A stretch of 64,000 nucleotides of DNA from Alphaproteobacteria bacterium (lineage in GTDB: Bacteria > Pseudomonadota > Alphaproteobacteria > UBA7887), in contig CBDCGL010000011.1 in assembly GCA_965216755.1 (NCBI GenBank), positions 3,264,001 to 3,328,000 of the forward strand. Direction: 5' to 3'. A program made the position numbers and the translations under genes. Shown in pieces: positions 1 through 10,800 of the stretch. Numbering within the stretch: the stretch's first letter is position 1; each line of letters opens with the position of its first letter. The notes below the pieces were generated by a model that saw nothing but the letters and a program-made list of their open reading frames with translations, was not told the origin of the DNA and made no database searches.

Positions 1-480
1 CTGTTTTCAGCGCATGGGTTGCCCAAGCGGCGGGTTGAACGTGGCGATCCCTATCAATGGCAGGTGGAACGTACCGCCGCTGCCGTCGTCGCCGCGCTCG
101 GTCGTGCGGATCTGGAATGGGTGGTTTGTTACCAAAGTCGGGTTGGTCCGCTGGAATGGATCGGGCCGGCCACCGACGACGAGATTAGACGTGCCGGTGC
201 CGACGGGATGGCGGTGGTGGTGGTGCCGATCGCGTTCGTCTCCGAGCATTCGGAGACGCTGGTGGAGTTGGACATCGAGTATCGCGAATTGGCGGAACAG
301 TCGGGCGTGCCCAACTATGTGCGGGTCCCGGCTTTGGGCGACGATGCGACATTCATCCAAGGTTTGGCTTCTCTGGTGCGCCAGGCCATGAGCGGACCGG
401 CGATGGCCGCATATGGCGCGGCGCGTTGTCCCGACTCATTCGCCAAGTGTGCCTGCCGCGTCGGAGGTGCTTGTGTTTGA
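1..480 (+). CDS. hemH: ferrochelatase, 3' part (truncated by window edge)
   Basis: Frame 1 reads LFSAHGLP...GDPYQWQVE...YQSRVGPLEWIGP...PIAFVSEHSETLVELDIEY, the ferrochelatase signature; lies upstream of hemJ-rho. Confidence 0.95.
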   Translation: MFSAHGLPKRRVERGDPYQWQVERTAAAVVAALGRADLEWVVCYQSRVGPLEWIGPATDDEIRRAGADGMAVVVVPIAFVSEHSETLVELDIEYRELAEQSGVPNYVRVPALGDDATFIQGLASLVRQAMSGPAMAAYGAARCPDSFAKCACRVGGACV

Positions 481-922
481 CGCCTTGGCCCCGCTGTATT
501 TGTGGTTCAAAGCGCTCCATATCATTGCGGTGATCGCCTGGATGGCGGGATTGCTCTATTTGCCGCGTCTGTTCGTTTACCATTGCGACGCGGCGGTCGG
601 CTCGGCCCAATCCGAGATGTTCAAGATCATGGAACGCCGACTGCTGCGCGCGATCATGACGCCGGCCATGCTGGTGTCTTGGCTGTTTGGACTGTTGCTT
701 CTTGCCACGCCGGGCGCGGTTGATTTCGGCAGTCGCTGGATATACGCCAAGATCGCCCTGGTTCTGGCATTGAGCGGTCTGCACGGGGCGATGGCATCGT
801 GGCGCCGCGACTTCGCCAATGACACGAACCGGAGGTCCGCGCACTATTACCGGATCGCCAACGAACTTCCAACGCTGTTGATGATTGGCATTGTGATCCT
901 GGCGATCGTCAAGCCGTTCTGA
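473..922 (+). CDS. hemJ: protoporphyrinogen IX oxidase HemJ
   Basis: KALHIIAVIAWMAGLLYLPRLFVYH...MERRLLRAIMTPAM...NELPTLLMIGIVILAIVKPF; GGAGG at 463-467 before GTG 473. Confidence 0.93.
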   Translation: MFDALAPLYLWFKALHIIAVIAWMAGLLYLPRLFVYHCDAAVGSAQSEMFKIMERRLLRAIMTPAMLVSWLFGLLLLATPGAVDFGSRWIYAKIALVLALSGLHGAMASWRRDFANDTNRRSAHYYRIANELPTLLMIGIVILAIVKPF

Positions 923-977
923 ACACGCCGCGAGAGCACTTTGCCCGAGCGGCGCGGAAATGGTGATACGTCAGCGT

Positions 978-1006
978 TTGACTATGTCTGCCAAGTGCAC
1001 TAAATA
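978..1006 (+). promoter_or_regulatory. putative sigma70 promoter of rho
   Basis: TTGACT-N17-TAAATA about 185 bp upstream of the rho start. Confidence 0.4.
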
Positions 1007-1190
1007 ACAAACATCTCCGACGCGCTTCTGAGCGAAAGAACGCCGGACTGCCTTCACTCAACGCTGCTGTACCCGACCGCGACGATGGTCGTCACCGTTT
1101 CGACGGGATTCGATACGCTGCACCCGCGCAATGCGATGAAAGAAAACGGGTGATGGCACGCAGACAGCCCCCCAACTGCTTCCACAGGCC

Positions 1191-2447
1191 ATGAACCTCC
1201 AGGAACTGAAACAAAAGAACCCCAATCAGCTGCTCGATTATGCCGAGGAGTGCGGGGTCGAAAATGCCAGTACGCTGCGCAAGCAAGATCTTCTTTTCGC
1301 CATACTGAAGCAACTCGCCGAGAGCGAGGTTCCGATCTTTGGTGACGGTGTTCTCGAGATCCTGCAAGACGGCTTCGGATTTCTACGTTCACCGGAATCC
1401 AATTATCTGCCGGGGCCGGACGATATTTATGTCTCGCCAAGCCAAATCCGACGCTTCGGGTTGCGCACCGGCGATACGGTCGAAGGCCAGATCCGCCAGC
1501 CGAAAGAAGGTGAACGATATTTCGCGCTGTTGAAGATCAAGGCGATCAATTTCGAGGAACCGGAAAAAGCTCGCCACAAGATCAATTTCGACAATCTGAC
1601 CCCGCTTTATCCTGACGAGCGGTTGCGGTTGGAAATTGATTCCGGTGATCTGAAAGAATTGAGTTGCCGTGTGATCGACTTGGTTGCGCCGTTGGGCAAG
1701 GGGCAACGCGGCTTGATCGTGGCGCCGCCGCGCACGGGCAAAACCGTGTTGCTGCAAAATATTGCCCACTCGATTACCGCCAACCATCCGGAAGTCTACT
1801 TGATTGTCTTGCTGATCGACGAGCGGCCGGAAGAGGTGACAGACATGCAACGGTCCGTGAACGGCGAGGTAATCAGCTCGACGTTCGACGAACCAGCGGC
1901 GCGCCATGTGCAAGTTGCGGAAATGGTCAGCGAGAAAGCCAAGCGGCTGACCGAACATGGTCGCGACGTGGTGATCTTGTTGGATTCGATTACGCGCCTG
2001 GCACGCGCCTACAACACCGTCGTGCCGTCGTCCGGCAAGGTGTTGACTGGCGGTGTTGATGCCAACGCGTTGCAGCGACCCAAGCGGTTTTTCGGCGCGG
2101 CCCGCAATATTGAACAAGGCGGATCCTTGACCATTGTTGCGACCGCTTTGATTGACACCGGTTCGCGCATGGACGAAGTGATCTTTGAAGAGTTCAAGGG
2201 AACCGGCAATTCGGAGATCGTCCTGGATCGCAAGATTGCGGACAAACGGACCTTCCCGGCGATCGATATCGGCAAGTCGGGCACGCGCAAGGAAGAGCTG
2301 CTGTGCGACAAGGGCGAACTCTCAAAAATGTGGGTGCTGCGCCGGATTTTGACGCCAATGGGTGTGGTCGACGCGATGGAGTTTCTGCTCGATAAGCTCA
2401 AGGGCGCGAAGTCCAATAACGACTTCTTCGAATCGATGAATACCTAG
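1191..2447 (+). CDS. rho: transcription termination factor Rho
   Basis: [58 protein letters not shown]; 418 aa. Confidence 0.99.
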   Translation: MNLQELKQKNPNQLLDYAEECGVENASTLRKQDLLFAILKQLAESEVPIFGDGVLEILQDGFGFLRSPESNYLPGPDDIYVSPSQIRRFGLRTGDTVEGQIRQPKEGERYFALLKIKAINFEEPEKARHKINFDNLTPLYPDERLRLEIDSGDLKELSCRVIDLVAPLGKGQRGLIVAPPRTGKTVLLQNIAHSITANHPEVYLIVLLIDERPEEVTDMQRSVNGEVISSTFDEPAARHVQVAEMVSEKAKRLTEHGRDVVILLDSITRLARAYNTVVPSSGKVLTGGVDANALQRPKRFFGAARNIEQGGSLTIVATALIDTGSRMDEVIFEEFKGTGNSEIVLDRKIADKRTFPAIDIGKSGTRKEELLCDKGELSKMWVLRRILTPMGVVDAMEFLLDKLKGAKSNNDFFESMNT

Positions 2448-2482
2448 GGCATTTCAGGGTTACTCGTCGGCCCCAGACAGAC

Positions 2483-2514
2483 AAAAGCCGGCGCGATCGA
2501 CTGATCGCACCGGC
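2483..2514 (-). terminator. intrinsic terminator between convergent rho and qor
   Basis: AAAA-GCCGGCGCGATC-GACT-GATCGCACCGGC: 12-bp stem with one G.U pair on the minus strand, followed by a U run. Confidence 0.6.
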
Positions 2515-2534
2515 GCTTGCGTATCGCGGCGTCC

Positions 2535-3518
2535 TTATTCAGGCGAGAAGACGGTGGATCCGGTGGTCTTGCGACCTTCAAGATGGCTGTGCGCCTGGAC
2601 GGCGTCACTCAATCTATAGCGATTGTTGATTTCGATCTTGACATCGCCGCTGCGGACCACGTCGAACAACGCATTCGCCGAGGCGACCAAATCATCGCGC
2701 GACGCGGTATAGGTCATCAGGGTCGGGCGGGTGACATAGAGCGAGCCCTTAGCCGCCAAAATACCCAGATCGACGTCGGGAATCTTGCCTGACGATTGGC
2801 CAAACGTAACCATGACGCCGAACGGGCGCAGGCAATCCAACGATTGCATAAAGGTGTCTTTTCCGACCGAGTCGTAAACCACCGGCAAACCGGCGTCGTC
2901 GGTCAGGTCACGTACTTTTTCGACAAAGTTTTCGGTCTTGTAGAGGATCGGATGGTCGCAACCATGGGCGCGGGCAAGTTCGGCTTTTTCCTCTGACCCA
3001 ACGGTGCCGATCACCGTCGCACCAAGAGCTTTGGCCCATTGACAGGCAATCAGGCCGACACCGCCGGCCGCGGCATGAAACAGAATGGTGTCACCGGGTT
3101 TGACCACGTAAGTGCGGCGAAGAAGATATTCGGCGGTCATGCCTTTGAGCATCATGGCCGCGGCTTGGTCGTCGGCCACGCCGTCGGGCACGCGGACCAT
3201 GCGATCGGCGGGCATCAGGCGAGCTTGCGCATAAGCGCCTGCGGGCGGTGAAGCGTACGCCACGCGATCGCCAACGGTGATACCGGTGCAATCCGGACCG
3301 ACGGCTTCGACGACACCGGCGGCCTCCAGGCCTGGAATGAACGGCAATGTGGCTTGCGGGTACATGCCAGTGCGGAAATAGGTATCGATGTAGTTGAGGC
3401 CGATTGCGGTATGGCGAAGGAGAATTTGACCACTGCCGGGATCACCGACGTCGTCCTGTTCCCATTTGAGGACCTCGGGTCCCCCATGTTCATGAACGCG
3501 AATGGCGTGTGTTTTCAT
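2535..3518 (-). CDS. qor: NADPH:quinone oxidoreductase (zeta-crystallin/MDR family)
   Basis: AIGLNYIDTYFRTG, HAAAGGVGLIACQWAKALGA, VVYDSVGKDTF, KGSLYVTRPTL, GRKTTGS. Confidence 0.92.
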   Translation of the reverse strand: MKTHAIRVHEHGGPEVLKWEQDDVGDPGSGQILLRHTAIGLNYIDTYFRTGMYPQATLPFIPGLEAAGVVEAVGPDCTGITVGDRVAYASPPAGAYAQARLMPADRMVRVPDGVADDQAAAMMLKGMTAEYLLRRTYVVKPGDTILFHAAAGGVGLIACQWAKALGATVIGTVGSEEKAELARAHGCDHPILYKTENFVEKVRDLTDDAGLPVVYDSVGKDTFMQSLDCLRPFGVMVTFGQSSGKIPDVDLGILAAKGSLYVTRPTLMTYTASRDDLVASANALFDVVRSGDVKIEINNRYRLSDAVQAHSHLEGRKTTGSTVFSPE

Positions 3519-3548
3519 CGTTTGAACCTCTGACGACAAGACAAGAAA

Positions 3549-4250
3549 CTACGTGAGATGCGCGGCCAGGAAATCCGCAGTGCGTTGGTCAGCCCGGTTC
3601 GCGGCGGTGGCGTCATAATGTTCACCAGCGGTGCGGGCGAAGGCATGGTCCATGCCGGGATAGCTGTGAATCGTCACGGCCCCGTGGGATTTGAGGCCGG
3701 CCGCAATCGCGGCTTGAGCGTCCGGCGGACAAAATTGATCGTTTTCGGCGACGTGCAGCATAAGCGGTTTTGTGATTGAGGCCGCTTCATCCAGAGCTTT
3801 TTCAATCCCGACGCCGTAATAGCCGATGGCGCAGTCAGTATCGGTGCGGGTTGCCGTGAGATAGGCAAGCTTGCCGCCCAAACAGTAACCAATGGCGCCG
3901 ACTTTGCCGGTACAGCCGTTTTGTTTGCGCAAGAAATCAACGGTGGCGGCAATATCGCTAACGCCGGTGGCCTCGTCGAAGCCTTGATAGAGGGCGAACG
4001 CTTTGTCCCATTCGGCTTGGCTTCGGTCGGTGATCTCAACGCCAGGCTCCTGACGCCAAAACAGATCGGGGCAAGCGACCATATAGCCGAGGGACGCCAG
4101 GTGTTCCGCGATTTCGCGCATCACCGGATTGATGCCAAAGATCTCTTGAATCAAAACCACCCCTGGCACGGTGTGACCGGGGGTCTGCGTGACATAGGCG
4201 GCAAACGTACGGTCGTCTGCCGCCGTGATATCGACATAGCGTGCTGGCAT
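3549..4250 (-). CDS. dienelactone hydrolase family protein
   Basis: IQEIFGIN, GYCLGG nucleophile motif, YPGMDHAF. Confidence 0.9.
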   Translation of the reverse strand: MPARYVDITAADDRTFAAYVTQTPGHTVPGVVLIQEIFGINPVMREIAEHLASLGYMVACPDLFWRQEPGVEITDRSQAEWDKAFALYQGFDEATGVSDIAATVDFLRKQNGCTGKVGAIGYCLGGKLAYLTATRTDTDCAIGYYGVGIEKALDEAASITKPLMLHVAENDQFCPPDAQAAIAAGLKSHGAVTIHSYPGMDHAFARTAGEHYDATAANRADQRTADFLAAHLT

Positions 4251-4383
4251 AGCGGGCCTCGCAACCCAAACGTGACGGAAACGACAACACTCTAGCGCGC
4301 AGTCGCCAGGAAGTCACCGCGCCGCCGATGCGATTCAGCCGTGCCGTCGCGGACACTGCAAGGTTGCGCAGACAAGACAAGCG

Positions 4384-6402
4384 CTATGTGAGTTGTGTGT
4401 GTAGCGCCTTTGGATCGGTAACCGGCAACGAGCAGGTCGCGTGGCGACAGACGTAAGCGGTGGCCTTGCCACCGATCTGTGTCTTGCCGTTGGCGGGATG
4501 GGTGTCGGGGAGTGTTTGATCGGGGGCGATCGGCAGAACGATGATGTCAGGGTCGGCCGCGTCAGTGATGACGGCACGGAGGCGGCGCATGTCGGGATCG
4601 TCGGTTGCGCCGACCAATACGACCTGTAAGCCGGCTGTATAGAGCGCGCAGTTATTCAGAAACGTGGCGGCCGCCAAGGGCGATCGAATCGCCGTGCCGG
4701 CAAAGGCGCGAATCAGGGCGTCCGCGCGTGTACGGTAGCTGTCGCGTCCGGTGAGAAAATAAAGACGCGCAAGGACACCCAACATGGTGCCGTTGCCCGT
4801 CGGCGTGGCGTCATCGGTGATGGTTTTTGTGCGCACGATCAGGTTGTTCGCGTCATGCGCGGTAAAGAAATAGCCGCCGTTTTGCGAATCCCAAAACAGA
4901 TCATCGGCGGTTGCGACCCAGCGCGCGGCATCCTCGATAAAACGCTTCGTACCGGTCGCTTCAAACAGCGCCAGACCGGCGGCGGCCATGGCGGCGTGGT
5001 CGTCGAGCAACGACGCATCAGCATGTTTACCCTGACGAGTCGCGTGATACAGCCGGCCGTCGAAGTCCAGCGTTTCGACGATCGCGTCATAAGCGGCGAG
5101 CGCCGCGTTCAGCCACGCGGGCCTAGCAAATGCGACCGCGGCATTAGTTATCGATGCAATCATAAGCCCATTCCAATCGGCCAGGACTTTGTCATCCCAA
5201 CCCGGCGCGACCCGCTTGGTGCGCGCCTGGAAAAGAGTTGTGCGCATCGCCACGAGACGTTGTTCGGCCTGCGTATCAGCGAGAGTGGGCACGCGCAGGC
5301 GATGCAAGATGTTGTTTCCTTCCCAATTGCCAGCTGCGGTCACGTCATAGGTTTGTTTGAACAGCACCGCGCCCGGTCCGAGTAGGTCGTCGATCTCGGA
5401 TTCGGTCCAGACGTAAAATTTGCCTTCTTCACCTTCGCTGTCGGCGTCGAAGCTGGCGGCGAAGGCGCCATCGTCGGCAACCATTTCGCGCAAAACCCAT
5501 GCGATGGTTTCCTGAATGCGCGCGGCATAGAGCGGCGATTTGCCGCGGCGCCAAACGAGGGTCAGCAAATCAATGAGTTGCGCATTGTCGTAGAGCATTT
5601 TTTCGAAATGTGGCACCAGCCACATCGCATCGGTGGCGTATCGGGCGAAACCGCCGCCGAGATGATCGTAAATGCCGCCCTGACACATGCGGTCGCAGGT
5701 GACATCGACGGCATTGTGGAGATCTTGACTGCCGGTGCGCAAAAAAGCGCGCCAGAGCAGCAGAAACAAGGGCACGTGGGGGAACTTTGGTGCCCCTCGC
5801 AAGCCGCCAAGGACGGGGTCAATTTGGGCAAGGAGCGTGCGGGCCGCCCTGTCGAGGGTCGCCGTTGTCGGTGCGGAGCCGGGCTGGTTCACGGCAATTT
5901 TGTCGAGCGCGTTGCGTAGCGCATCGACATTCTTGGTCACGCGGCCAGGGTCCTCGTGATAGATCCGGGCGATTTGCCGCAAAATCTCAGAAAACGCGGG
6001 GCGTCCATGGCGCGGTTCAGGCGGAAAATAAGTCCCGCCCCAAAATGGCGCGCGATCAGGGGTGAGGAACATGGTCAGGGGCCAGCCGCCATGTTCACCC
6101 AGCAATGCCAGGGCGGTTTGGTAAATGCTATCAATATCAGGCCGTTCTTCACGGTCGACCTTGATCGACACGAACAACTCGTTCATGACGTGCGCGATGT
6201 CTTGATTTTCAAAGCTTTCGTGTGCCATGACGTGGCACCAATGGCAGGCGGCATAGCCCACAGACAACAGAATGGGCTTGTCTTCGGTGCGCGCCCGTGC
6301 GAAGGCGGCATCACCCCAAGGCAGCCAATGCACCGGATTGTCTTTGTGCTGCAATAGATAGGGGCTGGTTTCGTTGGCCAGCTCGTTGCGGTGGCTATCC
6401 AT
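4384..6402 (-). CDS. thioredoxin domain-containing protein (YyaL/SPATA20 family)
   Basis: [64 protein letters not shown]. Confidence 0.93.
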   Translation of the reverse strand: MDSHRNELANETSPYLLQHKDNPVHWLPWGDAAFARARTEDKPILLSVGYAACHWCHVMAHESFENQDIAHVMNELFVSIKVDREERPDIDSIYQTALALLGEHGGWPLTMFLTPDRAPFWGGTYFPPEPRHGRPAFSEILRQIARIYHEDPGRVTKNVDALRNALDKIAVNQPGSAPTTATLDRAARTLLAQIDPVLGGLRGAPKFPHVPLFLLLWRAFLRTGSQDLHNAVDVTCDRMCQGGIYDHLGGGFARYATDAMWLVPHFEKMLYDNAQLIDLLTLVWRRGKSPLYAARIQETIAWVLREMVADDGAFAASFDADSEGEEGKFYVWTESEIDDLLGPGAVLFKQTYDVTAAGNWEGNNILHRLRVPTLADTQAEQRLVAMRTTLFQARTKRVAPGWDDKVLADWNGLMIASITNAAVAFARPAWLNAALAAYDAIVETLDFDGRLYHATRQGKHADASLLDDHAAMAAAGLALFEATGTKRFIEDAARWVATADDLFWDSQNGGYFFTAHDANNLIVRTKTITDDATPTGNGTMLGVLARLYFLTGRDSYRTRADALIRAFAGTAIRSPLAAATFLNNCALYTAGLQVVLVGATDDPDMRRLRAVITDAADPDIIVLPIAPDQTLPDTHPANGKTQIGGKATAYVCRHATCSLPVTDPKALHTQLT

Positions 6403-6511
6403 GGTGGGGTTCCAAGTGCTGGGGCGGCGGCCGCCGCGTGAGGGCGGAACTTGTAGCATAAGCGCGGCACGAATCCGCGCATGACAGCAATGGTAGATGG
6501 GAAGGCACAGG

Positions 6512-6856
6512 ATGAGTGGAAACGGCGACGATCCGGCACCGTTTTATGAACGCCACGTGTTTTGCTGTACGAACGTTCGGCCCCAAGGTCATCCGCGCGG
6601 CTGTTGCAGCGAGAAAGACGCGGTGCGACTGCGCAACTATATGAAAGCGCGGGCAAAAGAACTCAACCTAACGAACGTGCGGATCAACGCGTCAGGGTGT
6701 CTGGATCGATGCGAACTGGGCCCCACCGTCGTGATTTATCCCGAAGGTGTGTGGTATCGCTGTTCGACGGTGGCCGACGTCGACGACGTTCTGGAGCAGC
6801 ATGTGGTAAAGGGGGAGCGTGTCGGGCGCCTGATGTTGCGGCCCGAGGACGGATAG
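6512..6856 (+). CDS. thioredoxin-like [2Fe-2S] ferredoxin
   Basis: [16 protein letters not shown]...[26 protein letters not shown]. Confidence 0.9.
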   Translation: MSGNGDDPAPFYERHVFCCTNVRPQGHPRGCCSEKDAVRLRNYMKARAKELNLTNVRINASGCLDRCELGPTVVIYPEGVWYRCSTVADVDDVLEQHVVKGERVGRLMLRPEDG

Positions 6857-6877
6857 GAACGTCGGCGCAACCCGAGG

Positions 6878-8221
6878 ATGTTTGAGGACGACACGATCTT
6901 CGCCCAATCGACGGCGCCGGGTCGGGCCGCCATTGCGGTGGTGCGGTTGAGTGGTACGCGGACCGAGGACGTTGTCGCGGACCTAGCCGGGGATCTGCCG
7001 AAGCCGCGACGGGCGAGTTTAAGGACCTTGCGTGACCCGGGCGATGGCCGCGTTCTGGACGAAGCATTGGTGCTGTGGCTCCCGAAACCGAAAAGCTTTA
7101 CCGGCGAGGACATGGCCGAACTGCAGGTGCATGGTGGGCACGCGGTGGTCGCCGGCATCATCGCCTGCTTGGCGCGCCAAAAGGACTTGCGGCCGGCCGA
7201 ACCCGGGGAGTTTAGCCGCCGGGCATTCGTGAACGGGCGGTTGGATTTGACCGCCGCGGAAGGCCTTGCCGACTTGATCGATGCGGAGACGGTGCTGCAA
7301 AGAGATCAGGCGCTGCGGCAAATGGGCGGCGCGTTGGGTTTGGTCTATGAGACGTGGCGACAGCGACTGATTGGGACGATGGCCCTGGTTACCGCGAGTC
7401 TCGATTTCTCCGATGAGGAATTGCCGGCGGACTTGTTACGGGAAGCGAAGGGCGAGGCGGCGGCGGTGGCCGCCGAGATTGGCGGACATCTGGCAGATCA
7501 ACGGCGCGGGGAGCGCATGCGCAGCGGGTTTTTGGTCGCCATCGTGGGCCCGCCCAATGCCGGGAAATCGAGCTTGCTCAATCGGTTGGCGGGCCGGGAG
7601 GCGGCGATTGTCAGCAGCCGAGCGGGAACCACGCGTGACGTGGTCGAGGTGCATTTGGACTTGGCCGGGTTGCCGGTGACCATGGCCGATACAGCGGGTT
7701 TGCAGGCGACCGAAGATGAAATAGAGGCCGAGGGGGTGCGGCGTGCGCTGGTGCGCAGTGCCGACGCGGATTTGACATTGTGCGTGGTGGATGGGGCCAA
7801 TCCAGAAGGGTTGGCGCCAGAGGCACGGGGGATGGTTGAAGGTGGCGCGACCCTGGTGGTGAATAAGGCGGATTTGTTTGGGGCTGCGCCGCTGTTTGCA
7901 GCGCAAGGTCGGTCGGTTCACCGCATATCGTGCAGGTCGGGGCAAGGGATCGATGGGGTGGTTGAGGAGGTTGTACGGCAATTGCGCGCGGGGAGCGGCC
8001 TGGCCGGGGGTGGCGGACCGGTGCCGCTGACCCGGGCGAGGCATCGGCTGGCGCTGGAGATATGCGCGACGGCGTTGGGGCGAATAGCGGAGCTGGACGA
8101 GGAAACGCTGATTGCGGAGGAATTGCGCGAGGCGGCCGTTGCGCTCGGGCGAATCACGGGACGGATTGATGTCGAGGATATATTGGATCAAGTGTTTGGT
8201 AGTTTCTGTATTGGGAAGTGA
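6878..8221 (+). CDS. mnmE: tRNA modification GTPase MnmE
   Basis: TIFAQSTAPGRAAIAVVRLSG, SFTGED, GPPNAGKSSL, GTTRD, DTAG, NKAD, C-terminal FCIGK. Confidence 0.98.
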   Translation: MFEDDTIFAQSTAPGRAAIAVVRLSGTRTEDVVADLAGDLPKPRRASLRTLRDPGDGRVLDEALVLWLPKPKSFTGEDMAELQVHGGHAVVAGIIACLARQKDLRPAEPGEFSRRAFVNGRLDLTAAEGLADLIDAETVLQRDQALRQMGGALGLVYETWRQRLIGTMALVTASLDFSDEELPADLLREAKGEAAAVAAEIGGHLADQRRGERMRSGFLVAIVGPPNAGKSSLLNRLAGREAAIVSSRAGTTRDVVEVHLDLAGLPVTMADTAGLQATEDEIEAEGVRRALVRSADADLTLCVVDGANPEGLAPEARGMVEGGATLVVNKADLFGAAPLFAAQGRSVHRISCRSGQGIDGVVEEVVRQLRAGSGLAGGGGPVPLTRARHRLALEICATALGRIAELDEETLIAEELREAAVALGRITGRIDVEDILDQVFGSFCIGK

Positions 8222-8232
8222 GGGGGCGCGAA

Positions 8233-8248
8233 TGTTTCACGTGAAACA
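8233..8248. promoter_or_regulatory. parS site 1
   Basis: Perfect TGTTTCACGTGAAACA (20-bp palindrome 8231-8250) in the mnmE-mnmG intergenic region, near parAB. Confidence 0.95.
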
Positions 8249-8302
8249 TTGCGGACGGGACAGGGTGTGTAAGGGACGAAGGACAAGGCGGGATATCCGG
8301 CG

Positions 8303-10168
8303 ATGACGGACGCCGACGTGATTGTGGTTGGTGGTGGGCATGCGGGGTGCGAAGCCGCGGCGGCGGCGGCGCGCATGGGAGCTCAGACCCTGCTCGTCAC
8401 CCATAGCAGAGACTCGCTCGGCACCATGTCGTGCAATCCGGCGATTGGGGGCATCGGGAAGGGCACCCTGGTGCGCGAGATTGATGCGCTTGACGGCCTG
8501 ATGGGCCGTGTGGCCGATGCGGCCGGGATCCAATTCCGCACATTGAACCTGCGCAAGGGACCGGCTGTTTGGGGGCCGCGCAGCCAAGCCGATCGCAAAC
8601 TGTACCGAGAGGGCATGACGGCGGCGGTTTTGGATCAGGCCGGGTTGGACGTGCGCGAGGGCACGGTCGAAGACTTGGTGTTGGATCGAACCGGGGCTGT
8701 GGCGGGCATTGTTCTGAATAGCGGAGCGGTGTTATCGGCCGGCAGCGTGGTGATTACCACGGGGACATTTTTGCGCGGCGTTATCCATATCGGACTCGAA
8801 CAGACTCCAGCGGGGCGATTGGGAGATGCGTCGGCCGTGGGTTTGGCGCGGCGGTTCGATGCATTGGGCGTGCGGTTGGGACGGTTGAAGACCGGGACAC
8901 CGCCGCGTCTCGATGGCGCAAGCCTGTGTTTGGATGGGTTGGATTGGCAGCATCCGGAAGATCCGCCGCGGCCATTTTCGTTTCTCACGAAAAATATCAC
9001 GACACCGCAGATCCCGTGCGCGATCACATACACAACAGCCGCGACGCACGCGCTGATCCGCGCCAATCTCGACAAATCGGCGATCTATGGCGGCGCGATT
9101 AGTGGGGCGGGGCCGCGTTATTGTCCGTCGATTGAGGACAAGGTCGTCCGGTTTTCAGAGCGGTCGCAGCATCGCATTTTCTTGGAACCCGAAGGGCTGC
9201 ACGACACGACAGTCTATCCGAACGGGATTTCGACGTCGCTTCCGGCGGACGTGCAATTGCTCATGGTGCGTTCCATTCCAGGACTTGAACGGGCGGCAAT
9301 AATTCGGCCCGGTTATGCGGTGGAATATGACTTCATCGATCCGCGCCAACTGGCGCCGACGTTGGAGCTTCAGCATGTACCGAGCCTTTTCCTTGCCGGT
9401 CAAATCAACGGCACGACCGGGTATGAGGAAGCAGCCGCGCAAGGCGTGATCGCCGGTATCAATGCCGGCCTGCGCGCGGGTGGGGGTGCGCCGTTCGTTG
9501 TCGACCGCGCGGAAAGCATGACCGGTGTGATGATCGATGACCTGACCACGCTTGGGACGAAGGAACCCTATCGAATGTTTACCGCGCGCGCGGAGTATCG
9601 CTTGGCCCTTCGGCCTGATAACGCCGATGCCCGGTTGACAGAGAAAGGCGTGCGCGTCGGCGCGGTCGGCGGCACCCGCGCACGGGTACATGCGGAGAAG
9701 AATGTCGCTATCGAGACGGCAAGGGCAAGATTGCGAAACGTGCGTGTCGACCGAGAAAATGCGGCACGGCTGGGAGTCGTGCTGCGCGATGGCGTGGGCA
9801 GTCGCGATGGTTGTGAGATCCTTGGCCAGCCGGGTGTGACAGTCGACAAGCTTGCCGTTATCGCGCCCGCGCTGGCCGGGATGCGTCGGGACGTGGCGGA
9901 GCAGCTCAAGATCGAGGCCCAGTACGCAAGCTACCTGCACAGGCAAGAACGCGAGGTGGCGCGGTATCGGCGCGAAAGCGCGGTGATCGTGCCGGCTGGT
10001 TTGAACTTCGGCGCAGTTGGGGGACTCTCGAACGAATGCCGCGAAAAGTTGAATGCGGCGCGCCCAGCTTCACTGGCCGCCGCGGCGCGGATTCCCGGCG
10101 TCACCCCGGCGGCGCTGACGGCCTTGCTGGTGTATTTACGCCGCGACTCGGCGACAAACGGGGCGTGA
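8303..10168 (+). CDS. mnmG: tRNA uridine 5-carboxymethylaminomethyl modification enzyme MnmG (GidA)
   Basis: [73 protein letters not shown]. Confidence 0.98.
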   Translation: MTDADVIVVGGGHAGCEAAAAAARMGAQTLLVTHSRDSLGTMSCNPAIGGIGKGTLVREIDALDGLMGRVADAAGIQFRTLNLRKGPAVWGPRSQADRKLYREGMTAAVLDQAGLDVREGTVEDLVLDRTGAVAGIVLNSGAVLSAGSVVITTGTFLRGVIHIGLEQTPAGRLGDASAVGLARRFDALGVRLGRLKTGTPPRLDGASLCLDGLDWQHPEDPPRPFSFLTKNITTPQIPCAITYTTAATHALIRANLDKSAIYGGAISGAGPRYCPSIEDKVVRFSERSQHRIFLEPEGLHDTTVYPNGISTSLPADVQLLMVRSIPGLERAAIIRPGYAVEYDFIDPRQLAPTLELQHVPSLFLAGQINGTTGYEEAAAQGVIAGINAGLRAGGGAPFVVDRAESMTGVMIDDLTTLGTKEPYRMFTARAEYRLALRPDNADARLTEKGVRVGAVGGTRARVHAEKNVAIETARARLRNVRVDRENAARLGVVLRDGVGSRDGCEILGQPGVTVDKLAVIAPALAGMRRDVAEQLKIEAQYASYLHRQEREVARYRRESAVIVPAGLNFGAVGGLSNECREKLNAARPASLAAAARIPGVTPAALTALLVYLRRDSATNGA

Positions 10169-10800
10169 GCGGGGGCTCGGTCAGGGCGCCGGCCAGCGCC
10201 GCCGCGTTTGGCCACAGTTGCAATGTTTCACGTGAAACATTGGCGCGTTGCCAGATTTATGTGGACTTTCTCGTTAGATGGCAGGCCAAGATCAACTTGA
10301 TCGGGCCCGCAACGACGGACACCATATGGCGACGTCACATGTGGGATTCCGCGCAACTTCGGCCGCATATCCCCAGCAACAGCACCGTGTTGGTCGATTT
10401 GGGTAGCGGTGCCGGATTTCCCGGCTTCGTCTTGGCCCTGCTGGGCCTGCCACAGGTCACATTGATCGACAGCGACAGCCGCAAATGCGCGTTCTTGCGA
10501 GAGGCGGCCCGACTTACGGAAACCAACGTTTGTATCATCAACGCGCGAATCGAAAATTTGACCGGCCCGTGCGCCGACGTCGTCACCGCCCGGGCCTGCG
10601 CACCACTCCCAAAATTGCTAGGTCACATCGAACGGTTTCTGCGGCGCGACGGCGTTGCGCTGGTCCACAAGGGCGCACGGGTTGCGGAGGAATTGACCGC
10701 CGCGCGAAAACACTGGACAATGTCCGTTGAACAGATCCGGAGCCTCTCGGATCCTCGGGGCAAATTGCTGAAAATCAAAGGCTTATCTCGTGTCGCCTGA
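10165..10800 (+). CDS. rsmG: 16S rRNA m7G527 methyltransferase RsmG (GidB)
   Basis: [33 protein letters not shown]; GTG start overlaps the mnmG stop (GTGA). Confidence 0.93.
   Translation: MSGGSVRAPASAAAFGHSCNVSRETLARCQIYVDFLVRWQAKINLIGPATTDTIWRRHMWDSAQLRPHIPSNSTVLVDLGSGAGFPGFVLALLGLPQVTLIDSDSRKCAFLREAARLTETNVCIINARIENLTGPCADVVTARACAPLPKLLGHIERFLRRDGVALVHKGARVAEELTAARKHWTMSVEQIRSLSDPRGKLLKIKGLSRVA
10224..10239. promoter_or_regulatory. parS site 2 (inside rsmG coding sequence)
   Basis: Perfect TGTTTCACGTGAAACA (22-bp palindrome 10221-10242), encoding NVSRET. Confidence 0.93.
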
